Origin: an uncultured Enterobacteriaceae bacterium
GTDB lineage: Bacteria > Pseudomonadota > Gammaproteobacteria > Burkholderiales > SG8-39
DNA: 64,000 nucleotides
Assembly: GCA_964582155.1 (NCBI GenBank)
Contig: CAZOSA010000001.1
Span: forward strand, 7,878 to 71,877
Direction: 5' to 3'
The notes beneath the pieces were generated by a model, which made no database searches, was not told the origin of the DNA, and saw only the letters and a list, made by a program, of their open reading frames with translations. Below, in pieces: positions 1-11,549 of the stretch; position 1 is the stretch's first letter, and every line of letters starts with the position of its first letter. The translations under genes and the position numbers were made by a program.

Positions 1-297
1 GGCACGCCGGAGAAGTGCCCGGTCTGGCCGCTGCACCTGGTCTATTCGGACGACGCCAGGCGCGCCTGGGTGCAGAAGGGCTGCACCACGGCGGGCATCG
101 GCTGCCTGGAGTGCAAGCAACCGGTGATCGATGCGGTGCTGGCGGAGCTCGCGCCGATGCGCGAGCGCGCCCAGACTTACCTTGATGACCCGACACTGGT
201 GAAGAGCATCATCGCCGACGGCTGCGACAAGGCGCGCAAACTTGCCGTGGAAACCATGCGCGACGTACGCGATGCCATGGGCCTCACCTATACCTGA
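1..297 (+). CDS. trpS: tryptophan--tRNA ligase, C-terminal fragment (5' end upstream of window)
   Basis: Frame 1 is open from base 1 to TGA 295-297. The translation GTPEKCPVWPLHLVYSDDARRAWVQKGCTTAGIGCLECKQPVIDAVL...DAMGLTYT resembles the C-terminal anticodon-binding part of long bacterial TrpRS and carries a 4-Cys motif. Confidence 0.8.
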   Translation, partial: GTPEKCPVWPLHLVYSDDARRAWVQKGCTTAGIGCLECKQPVIDAVLAELAPMRERAQTYLDDPTLVKSIIADGCDKARKLAVETMRDVRDAMGLTYT

Positions 298-1103
298 TGA
301 GCGCACCCGCGCCGCTGGCGCCTGCCACCCCGTTCGCCCGTATCTACGGCGAGCCTCTGATCGAATTCCCGCACGACCTGTACATCCCGCCGGATGCGCT
401 CGAAGTGATCCTCGATGCTTTCGAAGGGCCGCTCGACCTGCTGCTTTACCTGATCCGCAAGGAAAATCTCGACGTACTCGACATCGCGATGGCGCCGCTG
501 ACACGCCAGTATCTCGAGTACGTGGAAGTGATGCGCTCCAGGAATCTCGAGCTCGCCGCGGAATACCTGGTGATGGCGGCGATGCTCATGGCGATCAAAT
601 CGCGCCTGCTGCTGCCACGGCCGCCTTGCGCCGAGAGAATCGAAGATGACCCTCGCGCCGAACTGGTGCGCCGGCTGCTGGAGTACGAACAGTTCAAGAA
701 AGCGGCGCAGCAGCTCGACCAGCTGCCGCAGGTCGGCCGCGATGTGATGGCGGTCTCGGTGTGGGTCGAGCGCACGGTTGCCGAGCGCCTGCCCGATGTA
801 AATCCGCAGGATCTGGCCGAGGCCTGGCGCACGCTGCTGCATCGTGCGCGCATGTCGGCGCACCACCGCGTGTCACGCGAGGAGCTTTCGGTGCGCGAGC
901 ACATGAGCGGCGTGCTGCGCCGGCTGCAGGAGCGGCGTGTGCTCGAGTTCGGCGAGCTGTTCGATCCCGCGCGCGGCGTGGCGGTGCTGGTAGTGACGCT
1001 GCTGGCGGTGCTGGAGCTGGCGCGCGAGTTGCTCCTCGAGATCACGCAGTCGGAAAGCTTCGCGCCGATTTACGTAAAATTGGCCCATGCCGAACCCGAT
1101 TGA
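297..1103 (+). CDS. scpA: segregation and condensation protein A (kleisin)
   Basis: 268-aa ORF with [33 protein letters not shown], typical of ScpA. The ATG shares one nt with the trpS TGA, and scpB follows. Confidence 0.9.
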   Translation: MSAPAPLAPATPFARIYGEPLIEFPHDLYIPPDALEVILDAFEGPLDLLLYLIRKENLDVLDIAMAPLTRQYLEYVEVMRSRNLELAAEYLVMAAMLMAIKSRLLLPRPPCAERIEDDPRAELVRRLLEYEQFKKAAQQLDQLPQVGRDVMAVSVWVERTVAERLPDVNPQDLAEAWRTLLHRARMSAHHRVSREELSVREHMSGVLRRLQERRVLEFGELFDPARGVAVLVVTLLAVLELARELLLEITQSESFAPIYVKLAHAEPD

Positions 1104-1674
1104 GGCCAAGCGCATCCTGGAGGCGGCGCTGCTCGCCTCGCAGGAGCCGCTGTCTCTTGCCGACCTCAAGCGCCTGTTCGACGATCAGGTCGGCGGCGAT
1201 ACGCTGAACAACCTGCTCGCCGAGCTGCGCGGGGACTGGGAGGGCCGTGCCGTCGAGCTGGTGAGCCTGGCGAGTGGCTGGCGCTTTCAGACGCGCCTGG
1301 AGTTCCAGCCGTTCGCAGAGAAACTGCAGCCTGAAAAACCGCCACGCTACTCGCGCGCCGTGATGGAGACGCTGGCCATCATTGCCTACCGTCAGCCGGT
1401 GACGCGCGGCGACATCGAGGACATCCGCGGCGTGGTGGTTTCGACGCAGATCATCCAGACCCTGGAGAACCGCGGCTGGATCGACGTCGTCGGGCACCGC
1501 GAAACGCCGGGCCAGCCCGCGCTGTACGCGACCACCAGAACTTTTCTCGACGACCTCGGGCTGCGCTCGCTGCAGGAGCTGCCGCCGCTCGAGGAGATCG
1601 CCAGGACCCTGCAGCTTGAGCCAGCCCCGGCCCCCGCAGTCCCCGAAGCCGCCAACGAGCCCGCCGCAGCCTGA
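1087..1674 (+). CDS. scpB: segregation and condensation protein B
   Basis: 195-aa ORF overlapping the scpA end by 17 nt. [32 protein letters not shown] is the winged-helix signature of ScpB. Confidence 0.9.
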   Translation: MPNPIEAKRILEAALLASQEPLSLADLKRLFDDQVGGDTLNNLLAELRGDWEGRAVELVSLASGWRFQTRLEFQPFAEKLQPEKPPRYSRAVMETLAIIAYRQPVTRGDIEDIRGVVVSTQIIQTLENRGWIDVVGHRETPGQPALYATTRTFLDDLGLRSLQELPPLEEIARTLQLEPAPAPAVPEAANEPAAA

Positions 1675-2404
1675 GCGGCTGCAGAAGCTGCTCGCTGCGG
1701 CGGGATTGGGCTCGCGCCGCGAGATCGAGACCTGGATCGCGGCCGGACGCCTGAAGATCAATGGCGCAGCAGCCAAACTCGGCGACCGCGCCGCGTCAGG
1801 CGACCTGATTGAACTGGATGGCAAGGCCCTGACGCTGAAGGCTGCAGGTGCCCAGCCTCGCGTCCTCCTGTATCACAAGCCTGACGGCGAGATGGTGACT
1901 CGCTCGGATCCCGAGGGCCGGCCCACCGTATTCCAGCAGCTGCCTGCGATTCCCGGCGGAAAGTGGGTGGCCGTGGGCCGCCTGGACATCAACACCGCGG
2001 GCCTGCTTCTGCTGACCGACTCCGGGGAAATCGCCAATCGCCTGATGCATCCGCGCTACGAAGTGGAGCGCGAGTACGCCGTGCGGGTGCTCGGCGAGTT
2101 GCGCCCCGAGGAGAGCGCCAGGCTGCTCGCGGGGATCGCCTTGGAGGATGGTGCGGCGCGCTTCGACAAGCTCGAGCCTTCCGGTTCCGCTGAAGGCGCC
2201 AACCGCTGGTACCGCGTGGTGTTGCGCGAAGGCCGCAACCGGGAGGTGCGGCGCCTGTTCGAGGCCATCGGGCGCAAGGTCAGCCGCCTGCTGCGCGTGC
2301 GCTATGGCCCGGTGGAACTGCCGCGCGACCTGCGACCCGGCCGATGGATCGAACTGGACGCGAAAAGGGTGGCGGAGATTGTGAAAACGCTGAAAAGCGG
2401 TTAA
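1616..2404 (+). CDS. rluB: 23S rRNA pseudouridine synthase B (RsuA/RluB family)
   Basis: S4-like [22 protein letters not shown] followed by the catalytic [15 protein letters not shown] motif. The start is uncertain: the ORF-track start overlaps scpB by 59 nt and I saw no nearer canonical start. Confidence 0.85.
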   Translation: MSQPRPPQSPKPPTSPPQPERLQKLLAAAGLGSRREIETWIAAGRLKINGAAAKLGDRAASGDLIELDGKALTLKAAGAQPRVLLYHKPDGEMVTRSDPEGRPTVFQQLPAIPGGKWVAVGRLDINTAGLLLLTDSGEIANRLMHPRYEVEREYAVRVLGELRPEESARLLAGIALEDGAARFDKLEPSGSAEGANRWYRVVLREGRNREVRRLFEAIGRKVSRLLRVRYGPVELPRDLRPGRWIELDAKRVAEIVKTLKSG

Positions 2405-2426
2405 ACTTCAAGCCGTTTCATGTGGG

Positions 2427-2446
2427 TGGGCTTCGGCCCATTTTTT
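2427..2446 (+). terminator. candidate rho-independent terminator after rluB
   Basis: TGGGC-TTCG-GCCCA (5-bp GC-rich stem, UUCG loop) followed directly by TTTTTT (2441-2446). The stem is short and the T-run abuts the rimP start, so it could instead be an attenuator. Confidence 0.35.
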
Positions 2447-2450
2447 GTTT

Positions 2451-2888
2451 GTGGCGAGCGTGCTGGAAGGCATTCTGGAGCCCACCTTAGCCGGGATGGG
2501 GTTCGAGCTGGTGGACGCGCAAGTGTCCAACCGGGGTCGTTTCCTTCGCATTTTCATGGACAAGCCTGGCGGCATTACGGTGGAGGACTGCGCGGCGGTA
2601 AGCCGCCACCTTTCCCGGGTGCTGGAGGTCGAGGGCATCGACTACGACCGGCTGGAGATTTCTTCGCCCGGCCTGGACCGGGCGCTGCGCAAGGCTGCGG
2701 ATTTTGCGCGCTTTGCCGGCCAGAAGGTCGACGTCAGGATGCGTCTCGCCGACGCGAGCGGCCGGCGGCGTTTCGTGGGCCTGCTGCGGGGGTTCGATGG
2801 GGCTAGCGCAACCGTCGAAGTGGATGGTGCGCTGGTGGCGCTGCAATTGGACGGCATGGACCGGGCGCGGCTCGTTCCAGAACGATGA
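2451..2888 (+). CDS. rimP: ribosome maturation factor RimP
   Basis: GTG 2451 (ORF track uses TTG 2445) gives [25 protein letters not shown], collinear with the E. coli RimP N-terminus. Contains an SSPGLDR motif and precedes nusA-infB. The start is uncertain by about 6 nt. Confidence 0.85.
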   Translation: MASVLEGILEPTLAGMGFELVDAQVSNRGRFLRIFMDKPGGITVEDCAAVSRHLSRVLEVEGIDYDRLEISSPGLDRALRKAADFARFAGQKVDVRMRLADASGRRRFVGLLRGFDGASATVEVDGALVALQLDGMDRARLVPER

Positions 2889-2901
2889 GCTTGGAGCAAC
2901 G

Positions 2902-4410
2902 ATGAGCCGGGAAATTCTGCTGCTGGTGGACGCGCTGGCGCGCGAGAAGAACGTCAATCGCGACGTGGTGTTCGGCGCGCTGGAGATGGCGCTCGCTTCC
3001 GCCACCAAGAAGCGCTATACCGAGGACGCCGACGTGCGGGTCGCGATCGACCGCAATACCGGCAGCTTCGATGCGTTTCGCCGTTGGAAGGTGGTGCCCG
3101 ACGACATGCCGGAGATAATTCCCGCGCAGATGCTCACCCTTACCGAGGCGCAGGGACGCAATGCGGATCTCAAGCTCGAGGACTTTATCGAAGAACCGAT
3201 CGAGCAGATCCCGTTCGGGCGCATCGGGGCGCAGACCGCGAAGCAGGTGATCCTGCAGCGCATCCGGGACGCGGAGCGCGAGCAGATCCTGAACGACTTC
3301 CTTGCCCGCGGCGACGAGTTGGTCACCGGCGCGGTGAAGCGCATGGAGCGGGGCAGCGCCATCGTCGAGTCGGCACGCCTGGAAGCGTTGTTGCCGCGCG
3401 AGTACATGATCCCCAAGGAAAATCTGCGCGTCGGTGACCGCGTGCGCGCGTGGGTGGCGAAGATCGACCGCGGCGCGCGCGGCCCGCAGCTGATCCTGTC
3501 GCGCACGGCGCCGCAGTTCATCATGAAGCTGTTCGAGCTCGAGGTGCCCGAGATCGAGGAAGGCTTGCTGGAGATCAAGTCGGCGGCGCGCGATCCCGGC
3601 GTGCGCGCCAAGATCGCCGTGCACACCAACGACCGCAGGATCGACCCGATCGGCACCTGCGTCGGCATGCGCGGCTCGCGCGTGCAGGCGGTGACGCAGG
3701 AACTGGCCGGCGAGCGCGTCGACATCGTGCTCTGGTCGGCGGACCCTGCGCAGTTCGTGATCGGGGCGCTCGCGCCCGCCGAAGTCAGCTCGATCCTGGT
3801 GGACGAGGAAAAGCATTCCATGGACGTCGTGGTGGACGAGGAGAACCTCGCCATCGCCATCGGCCGCAGCGGCCAGAACGTGCGCCTTGCCTCCGAGCTG
3901 ACCGGCTGGACCATCAACCTGATGAACGAGGAAGATTCCACCAAGAAGCAGGCGGAGGAATCAACGCGCGTGCGCGAGTTGTTCATCCAGCGCCTGGACG
4001 TGGACGAGGAAGTCGCCAACATCCTGATCCAGGAAGGTTTTTCTACCCTGGAGGAGATCGCCTACGTCCCGATCAACGAAATGCTGGAGATCGAGGCCTT
4101 CGACGAGAACACGGTGAACGAACTGCGCAGCCGGGCGCGCAACGCGCTGCTGGTGCAGGCGATCGCGAGCGAGGAGCAGGTGGAAGGCGTGGACCAGAAC
4201 CTGCTGCAGTTGGAAGGCATGGATACGCAGTTGGCCGCCAAGCTTGCGCAGGGCGGGGTGAAGACGCGGGACAACCTCGCCGACCTGGCCGTGGACGAAC
4301 TTTCGGAGATGACCGGAATCGAAGACGAGCGCGCCAAGACGCTGATCATGGCAGCGCGCGCGCACTGGTTCGAGCAGGAAGACCAGGCGCAGCTCAAGGA
4401 GGCGCAGTAA
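2902..4410 (+). CDS. nusA: transcription termination/antitermination factor NusA
   Basis: ATG 2902 is in frame inside ORF 2704..4410. [18 protein letters not shown] at the N-terminus, S1/KH region [18 protein letters not shown], and an acidic C-terminal repeat region. Confidence 0.95.
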   Translation: MSREILLLVDALAREKNVNRDVVFGALEMALASATKKRYTEDADVRVAIDRNTGSFDAFRRWKVVPDDMPEIIPAQMLTLTEAQGRNADLKLEDFIEEPIEQIPFGRIGAQTAKQVILQRIRDAEREQILNDFLARGDELVTGAVKRMERGSAIVESARLEALLPREYMIPKENLRVGDRVRAWVAKIDRGARGPQLILSRTAPQFIMKLFELEVPEIEEGLLEIKSAARDPGVRAKIAVHTNDRRIDPIGTCVGMRGSRVQAVTQELAGERVDIVLWSADPAQFVIGALAPAEVSSILVDEEKHSMDVVVDEENLAIAIGRSGQNVRLASELTGWTINLMNEEDSTKKQAEESTRVRELFIQRLDVDEEVANILIQEGFSTLEEIAYVPINEMLEIEAFDENTVNELRSRARNALLVQAIASEEQVEGVDQNLLQLEGMDTQLAAKLAQGGVKTRDNLADLAVDELSEMTGIEDERAKTLIMAARAHWFEQEDQAQLKEAQ

Positions 4411-4411
4411 C

Positions 4412-6964
4412 GTGGCCCTGACCAGCGTCGCCCGGTTCGCCAGCGAGTTGAAAGTCCCGCCCTCGGTGCTGCTGGAGCAGTTGCGCGCCGCCGGCGTGGA
4501 CAAGGCGGCTGCGGACGATTCCCTCACTGAGGGCGACAAGGCGCGCCTGTTGGAGTACCTGCGAAGGTCGCACGGTTCCGCGGATGCGAAGAACAAGATC
4601 ACCCTGACGCGCAAGCAGTCCAGCGAGATCATCAAGAAGTCCGACACTTCGGGCAAGGCGCGCACCATCCAGGTCGAAGTACGCAAGAAACGCGTGTTCG
4701 TGAAGCGCGATTTCTCCGAGCTGGCCGCGGCGGCAAGTGCTGCGGAAATACCGGCGCCCGCACCGGCGCCAGCCCCCGCCCCGCAAGCTGCCGCGCCGGC
4801 CATCGACGCCAGGGAACTCGAACTGCGCAAGGTCGAGGCGCGACGCCACGAGCAGCTGTCCGAGCTGCAGGCGGCCGAGCTGCACGACAAGCAGGAGCGC
4901 GAGCGGCGCGACGCCGGGCAGAAGATGGCCGAGCGCGAGGCGCAGGCGGCGATCGACAAGGCCCAGGCGCAGCCCGCCGCGAAGGTGGAGGGCACGCTGC
5001 ACGCGCCCAAGGCGGCCGACGCGAAGATCGACAAGAAAGCGAAGAAGGCCAAGCCCACCACCACCATGCGCGACGATTCCGTGCGCCGCCGCACCATCAA
5101 GACGCGCGGCGACATGGGGGGCGGCGTGGGCGGATGGCATGCGCGGGGCGGTTCGCGCCACCGCGGGTCGCCCGCCGAGCAGCAAACCTTCAGCCAGCCG
5201 GCCGAACCGGTGGCGCGCGAGGTGGCGGTGCCCGAAACCATCACGGTGGGCGAGCTCGCTCACCGCATGTCGGTGAAGGCCGCGGAAGTCATCAAGGCGC
5301 TGATGAAGCTCGGCACCATGGCGACCATCAATCAGGTGCTGGACCAGGAAACGGCGATCATCCTGGTCGAGGAAATGGGACACAAGGCGAAGGCGACGAA
5401 GATGGACGATCCGGAGGCCTACCTCGCCGAAGAGTCCACAGAGGCGCCCGCCGGGGGGCCGCGTCCGCCGGTGGTGACCGTGATGGGCCACGTCGACCAC
5501 GGCAAGACTTCGCTGCTCGATTACATCCGCCGCACCAAGGTGGCGGCAGGCGAGGCAGGCGGAATCACGCAGCACATCGGCGCCTACCATGTGGAGACGC
5601 CGCGGGGCGTGGTCACGTTTCTGGATACGCCGGGCCATGAGGCATTCACCGCCATGCGTGCACGCGGCGCCAAGGTCACCGACCTCGTGATCCTCGTGGT
5701 GGCCGCTGACGACGGCGTGATGCCGCAGACGGTGGAAGCCATCAATCACGCCAAGGCGGCCAAGGTACCTTTGGTAGTGGCGATCAGCAAGATCGACAAG
5801 AACGAGGCGGACCCGGAGAAGGTGAAGCGCGAACTCCTGCAACACGGCGTGGTGCCGGAAGAGTTTGGCGGCGACGCGCCCTTTGTGCCGGTATCGGCGA
5901 AGTCCGGGCAGGGGATGGATACCCTGCTCGAGATCGTGCTGCTGCAGGCAGAGGTTCTGGAACTCAAGGCGCCGGTCGATGTGCCCGCCAAGGGCGTGGT
6001 GATCGAGGCGCGCCTGGACAGGGGGCGCGGTCCGGTGGCCACGATACTGGTGCAGTCCGGGACCTTGAAGCGCGGCGACGTGGTGCTCATCGGCGCGGTT
6101 TATGGCCGCGTGCGGGCAATGCTCGATGAGAACGGCCGCCCGGTCGAATCCGCCGGCCCCTCGATCCCGGTGGAGGTGCAGGGTTTGTCCGACGTACCGA
6201 ACGCGGGCGAAGAGATGACGACGCTCGTCGACGAACGCAAGGCACGCGATATCGCGGCGTTTCGACACGGCAAGTACCGCGATGTGAAGCTGGCCAAGCA
6301 GCAGGCGGCGAAACTCGAGAACCTGTTCCAGCAGATGGGCGAGGGCGGGCACAAGGTGCTGTCTCTGGTGATCAAGACGGACGTGCAGGGCTCGCAGGAG
6401 GCGCTGGTGCACGCGCTGACGCGTCTGTCCACCGAGGAAGTGAAGGTCGGAGTGGTGCACGCGGGCGTGGGCGGGATCACGGAGTCGGACGTCAACCTGG
6501 CCATGGCGGCGCGCGCGGTGATCATCGGCTTCAACACACGCGCCGATGCCACGGCGCGCAAACTCATCGAGAGCGCAGGCATCGACGTGCGCTACTACGA
6601 CATCATTTACGAGGCGGTGGACGAGATCAAGGCGGCGCTCTCCGGCATGCTGCCGCCGGAGAAGAAGGAACAGGTCCTCGGCGTGGTCGAGGTGCGGCAG
6701 GTGTTCCGCATTTCCAAGGTCGGCACGGTGGCGGGCTGCTATGTGGTTGACGGCCTGGTCAAGCGCAATGCGCAGGTGCGCGTGCTGCGCGACAACGTGG
6801 TGATCCACACCGGCGAGATCGATGCGCTCAAGCGCTTCAAGGACGACGCGCGCGAGGTCAAGGCCGGGTTCGAGTGCGGCGTCTCGCTGAAGAATTTCTC
6901 GGACCTGAAAGAAGGCGACCAGTTCGAGGTGTTCGAAATCCTCGAGGTGGCGCGTACGCTGTGA
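4412..6964 (+). CDS. infB: translation initiation factor IF-2
   Basis: GTG lies one nt after the nusA TAA. G domain [17 protein letters not shown] and DTPGHEAF, with a Pro/Ala-rich N-terminal linker. Confidence 0.95.
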   Translation: MALTSVARFASELKVPPSVLLEQLRAAGVDKAAADDSLTEGDKARLLEYLRRSHGSADAKNKITLTRKQSSEIIKKSDTSGKARTIQVEVRKKRVFVKRDFSELAAAASAAEIPAPAPAPAPAPQAAAPAIDARELELRKVEARRHEQLSELQAAELHDKQERERRDAGQKMAEREAQAAIDKAQAQPAAKVEGTLHAPKAADAKIDKKAKKAKPTTTMRDDSVRRRTIKTRGDMGGGVGGWHARGGSRHRGSPAEQQTFSQPAEPVAREVAVPETITVGELAHRMSVKAAEVIKALMKLGTMATINQVLDQETAIILVEEMGHKAKATKMDDPEAYLAEESTEAPAGGPRPPVVTVMGHVDHGKTSLLDYIRRTKVAAGEAGGITQHIGAYHVETPRGVVTFLDTPGHEAFTAMRARGAKVTDLVILVVAADDGVMPQTVEAINHAKAAKVPLVVAISKIDKNEADPEKVKRELLQHGVVPEEFGGDAPFVPVSAKSGQGMDTLLEIVLLQAEVLELKAPVDVPAKGVVIEARLDRGRGPVATILVQSGTLKRGDVVLIGAVYGRVRAMLDENGRPVESAGPSIPVEVQGLSDVPNAGEEMTTLVDERKARDIAAFRHGKYRDVKLAKQQAAKLENLFQQMGEGGHKVLSLVIKTDVQGSQEALVHALTRLSTEEVKVGVVHAGVGGITESDVNLAMAARAVIIGFNTRADATARKLIESAGIDVRYYDIIYEAVDEIKAALSGMLPPEKKEQVLGVVEVRQVFRISKVGTVAGCYVVDGLVKRNAQVRVLRDNVVIHTGEIDALKRFKDDAREVKAGFECGVSLKNFSDLKEGDQFEVFEILEVARTL

Positions 6965-7305
6965 GCCGCGGCCGGCCGCGCAAGGTCGCCGACCAGATCC
7001 AGCGCGAGCTCTCCGAGATCCTGCGGCGCGAGCTGCAGGACCCGCGCCTCAATCTGCTTACCGTGACCGCGGTGGACGCGGCGCCCGACCTGTCCCACGC
7101 CGTGGTCTATTTCACCTGCCTGGACCTGGCCCAGGCGGAGGCGGCGGGGCGCGCGTTGCGCAAGGCCGCGGGCTTCATGCGCAGTCAGCTGGCGCGCCGC
7201 ATCAAGCTCTATACCACCCCGGAGTTGCGCTTCAAGTACGACGAATCGGTGGAGCGCGGCGCGCGCCTGTCACAACTGATCGACAGCGTCCGACCCAAAG
7301 GCTGA
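6961..7305 (+). CDS. rbfA: ribosome-binding factor A
   Basis: GTG 6961 overlaps the infB stop (GTGA). [24 protein letters not shown] is typical of RbfA. The ORF-track start 6874 is an over-extension into infB. Confidence 0.9.
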   Translation: MSRGRPRKVADQIQRELSEILRRELQDPRLNLLTVTAVDAAPDLSHAVVYFTCLDLAQAEAAGRALRKAAGFMRSQLARRIKLYTTPELRFKYDESVERGARLSQLIDSVRPKG

Positions 7306-8231
7306 TGCGCCGCGGCCTGGACGGCGTGCTGCTGCTCGACAAGCCGTCCGGGCCGGGATCCAACGCCGCCCTGCAGGCGGTGAAGCGGCTTTATCAGGCA
7401 GAAAAGGCCGGGCACGCCGGTACGCTCGATCCGCTGGCGTCCGGGCTGCTCCTGATCCTGTTCGGCGAGGCCACCAAGTTTTCGCAGCTCGCGCTCGACT
7501 CCGACAAGGAGTACCTGGCAAGCGCGCGCCTCGGCATCACTACCACCACGGCAGATGCCGAGGGCAAGGTCCTGGAACGCAAGGCGGTCGAGGTGCAAGA
7601 GCACGCCATCGAGCCGGCGCTGGCGCGCTTGCGCGGTGCCATCGAACAGGTACCCCCCATGTACTCGGCGCTGAAGCACGCGGGCCAGCCCCTGTACGCG
7701 CTCGCCCGACGGGGCGCAAGCGTGGCGCGCGCTGCGCGCTGTGTGCACATTTATGAACTGCAGCTGTTGCGAGTCGACGGCGACCGCCTCGACCTGCGAG
7801 TCCGCTGCAGCAAGGGCACCTACGTGCGCACCCTGGTCGAAGACCTCGGCCGGGCGCTGGGTTGCGGTGCTCACCTGTGCGCGTTGCGCCGCACGGTGGC
7901 GGGTGATTTTCGCATATCGGATGCGGCGACCCTCGAGCAGATCCAGACCGCGACGCCGGCCGAACGCGACCACAGGCTGTTGCCGGTGGAGCGCCTTCTC
8001 GCGGGCCTGCCGAGGGTGGACCTTGCCGGCGCATTGGCCCAGCGATTCGCCCAAGGCCAGACTGTCCGTCTGGACCGGCCGCTGACGGGGCGCTGCGCAG
8101 TGTTCGGCGCGCGAGGCGGGCTGTTGGGGTTGGGCGAGAGTGGACCGCAAGGGGAATTGCGGCCCCGGCGCCTTTTCGCGCGAACGCCGGATTCCACGCA
8201 AGCGGCTGAAAAACATCCAACAACCTTGTGA
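7305..8231 (+). CDS. truB: tRNA pseudouridine(55) synthase
   Basis: LLLDKPSGPGSNAALQAVKRLY..KAGHAGTLDPLASGLL contains the catalytic Asp motif. The ATG shares one nt with the rbfA TGA. Confidence 0.95.
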   Translation: MRRGLDGVLLLDKPSGPGSNAALQAVKRLYQAEKAGHAGTLDPLASGLLLILFGEATKFSQLALDSDKEYLASARLGITTTTADAEGKVLERKAVEVQEHAIEPALARLRGAIEQVPPMYSALKHAGQPLYALARRGASVARAARCVHIYELQLLRVDGDRLDLRVRCSKGTYVRTLVEDLGRALGCGAHLCALRRTVAGDFRISDAATLEQIQTATPAERDHRLLPVERLLAGLPRVDLAGALAQRFAQGQTVRLDRPLTGRCAVFGARGGLLGLGESGPQGELRPRRLFARTPDSTQAAEKHPTTL

Positions 8232-8255
8232 AGCCTCGCGGCTGTCGGTTAAAAT
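8226..8255 (+). promoter_or_regulatory. candidate sigma70 promoter of rpsO
   Basis: TTGTGA (8226-8231), an 18-nt spacer, then TAAAAT (8250-8255), about 34 nt upstream of the rpsO ATG. Motif match only. Confidence 0.4.
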
Positions 8256-8288
8256 GCCGGCCTACACAAGACAAAAGCAGGAGTAAGC

Positions 8289-8558
8289 ATGTCTTTGCAG
8301 GTTGCGCAGAAAGCGCAAGTCGTCCAACAGTACCAGCGCTCCGGCAAAGACACCGGCTCGCCCGAAGTGCAGATCGCGCTGCTCACCGAGCGCATCAACA
8401 GCCTGGCTGGCCACTTCAAGTCGCACGTCAAGGACTTCCATTCCCGGCGCGGGCTGCTCAAGCTCGTGTCGCAGCGCCGCAAGCTGCTCGATTACCTGAG
8501 GCGCACGGATGCGGACAAGTACCGCTCGATCATCGAGCGGCTCAGTCTGCGCAAGTAA
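8289..8558 (+). CDS. rpsO: 30S ribosomal protein S15
   Basis: 89 aa, [44 protein letters not shown] at 8279-8283 serves as the SD. Confidence 0.97.
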   Translation: MSLQVAQKAQVVQQYQRSGKDTGSPEVQIALLTERINSLAGHFKSHVKDFHSRRGLLKLVSQRRKLLDYLRRTDADKYRSIIERLSLRK

Positions 8559-8582
8559 TTCCCACTGATGCCGCTGCAATGG

Positions 8583-8609
8583 ACGCTCATCGCTCGATGA
8601 GCGTTTTTT
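8583..8609 (+). terminator. rpsO terminator / pnp leader hairpin
   Basis: ACGCTCAT-CGCTCG-ATGAGCGT is a perfect 8-bp stem followed by a T-run (TTTTTGTTT). It sits in the rpsO-pnp spacer, where E. coli has a terminator and an RNase III-processed leader. Confidence 0.65.
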
Positions 8610-8637
8610 GTTTGCGGGCCACCACCGAGGACATCCT

Positions 8638-10752
<2,115 letters not shown>

Positions 10753-10765
10753 GCGGCTGCCGCGC

Positions 10766-11191
10766 CTACTTCGCGACCTGCTTTTCGCGCAGCTCGTCGA
10801 GCGTCTTGCAGTCGATGCACAGGGTGGCCGTGGGCCGCGCCTCCAGGCGTTTCAGCCCGATCTCGACGCCGCAACTCTCGCAATAGCCGTATTCGTTGGC
10901 GTCGATGCGCCCGACGGTCTCGTCGATCTTCTTGATCAGCTTGCGCTCGCGGTCGCGATTGCGCAGTTCCAGCGCCATGTCGGATTCCTGGGTGGCGCGG
11001 TCGTTGGGATCGGCAAATACCGTGGCCTCGTCCTGCATCGTGTGCACGGTGCGGTCGATCTCCTCGGACAGCTCCGACTTGAGCTGCTCCAGCATCTTGC
11101 GAAAATGCGACCGCATTCTCGCGTTCATGTAATCTTCGCCCTTCTTCTGCGCATAGGGTGTAAAGCTTTTCCTGCTCAGCTCGAGTGGCAT
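10766..11191 (-). CDS. dksA: RNA polymerase-binding transcription factor DksA
   Basis: 141 aa with a coiled-coil region and the C4 zinc finger CESCGVEIGLKRLEARPTATLCIDCK. Confidence 0.93.
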   Translation of the reverse strand: MPLELSRKSFTPYAQKKGEDYMNARMRSHFRKMLEQLKSELSEEIDRTVHTMQDEATVFADPNDRATQESDMALELRNRDRERKLIKKIDETVGRIDANEYGYCESCGVEIGLKRLEARPTATLCIDCKTLDELREKQVAK

Positions 11192-11224
11192 TTCCTGCGC
11201 CAGCCTGAAAAATGAAAGGCGCCC

Positions 11225-11253
11225 TTTTTAGCAGAAAAGCCCCTCAGCAGCAA
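11225..11253 (-). promoter_or_regulatory. candidate dksA promoter
   Basis: On the minus strand: TTGCTG (11253-11248), a 17-nt spacer, then TAAAAA (11230-11225). AGGAA SD lies just upstream of ATG 11191. Weak motif match only. Confidence 0.3.
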
Positions 11254-11266
11254 GCCGGAAAAAGAG

Positions 11267-11272
11267 TATCAT
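11267..11272 (+). promoter_or_regulatory. candidate -10 element for the tRNA cluster
   Basis: TATCAT lies 12 nt upstream of the mature tRNA-Pro 5' end and is followed by a GC-rich discriminator (TGGCGCCC). The -35 is poor (TCAGCA). Confidence 0.25.
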
Positions 11273-11284
11273 TGGCGCCCTTTT

Positions 11285-11361
11285 CGGGGTGTAGCGCAGC
11301 CTGGTAGCGCGCTTGCTTTGGGAGCAAGATGTCGGGAGTTCGAATCTCTCCACCCCGACCA
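11285..11361 (+). tRNA. tRNA-Pro (anticodon TGG)
   Basis: Hand-folded cloverleaf: acceptor CGGGGTG/CACCCCG, D stem GCGC/GCGC, anticodon stem CTTGC/GCAAG with loop TTTGGGA, T arm GGGAG-TTCGAAT-CTCTC, encoded ACCA end. Confidence 0.9.
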
Positions 11362-11377
11362 GAAGGAAGCCCGGCGG

Positions 11378-11454
11378 CTGCCCGTAGCTCAACCGGATAG
11401 AGCACCAGCCTTCTAAGCTGGGGGTTGTGGGTTCGAGTCCCGCCGGGCAGACCA
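11378..11454 (+). tRNA. tRNA-Arg (anticodon TCT)
   Basis: Acceptor CTGCCCG/CGGGCAG (C1:G72), D stem GCTC/GAGC, anticodon stem CCAGC/GCTGG with loop CTTCTAA, T arm GTGGG-TTCGAGT-CCCGC, encoded ACCA end. Confidence 0.88.
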
Positions 11455-11473
11455 GTAGAATTGGCGTCGCAAT

Positions 11474-11549
11474 GGTGGCCGTAGCTCAATGGTAGAGTCC
11501 TGGATTGTGATTCCAGTTGTTGTGGGTTCGAGTCCCATCGGTCACCCCA
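11474..11549 (+). tRNA. tRNA-His (anticodon GTG)
   Basis: Extra G(-1) opposite discriminator C, acceptor GTGGCCG/CGGTCAC, anticodon stem CTGGA/TCCAG with loop TTGTGAT, T arm GTGGG-TTCGAGT-CCCAT, encoded CCA end. Confidence 0.9.

Noticed and set aside
4751-4786. Short tandem CCG GCG / CCC GCA repeat ([11 protein letters not shown]) in infB.
   Set aside because: This is a typical low-complexity Pro/Ala linker in the variable N-terminal region of IF-2. It is in frame and is not a CRISPR, VNTR locus or mobile element.
4394-6808. 804-aa ORF antisense to infB. Similar very long antisense or off-frame ORFs lie opposite pnp (8587..10641), smc (18605..20674), ligA (21441..23705), glnD (26515..29070), bamA (37040..38737) and guaB (the upstream part of 49056..51128).
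   Set aside because: Their translations are low-complexity and rich in Arg, Ala, Gly, His and Pro, with no recognisable motifs. They exactly shadow well-supported genes. Stop-codon-poor antisense frames are expected in high-GC3 genomes.
11285-11549. tRNA-Pro/Arg/His cluster as an integration hotspot for a genomic island.
   Set aside because: prmB follows immediately, overlapping the tRNA-His 3' end. There is no integrase, no duplicated tRNA 3' segment and no compositional shift downstream.
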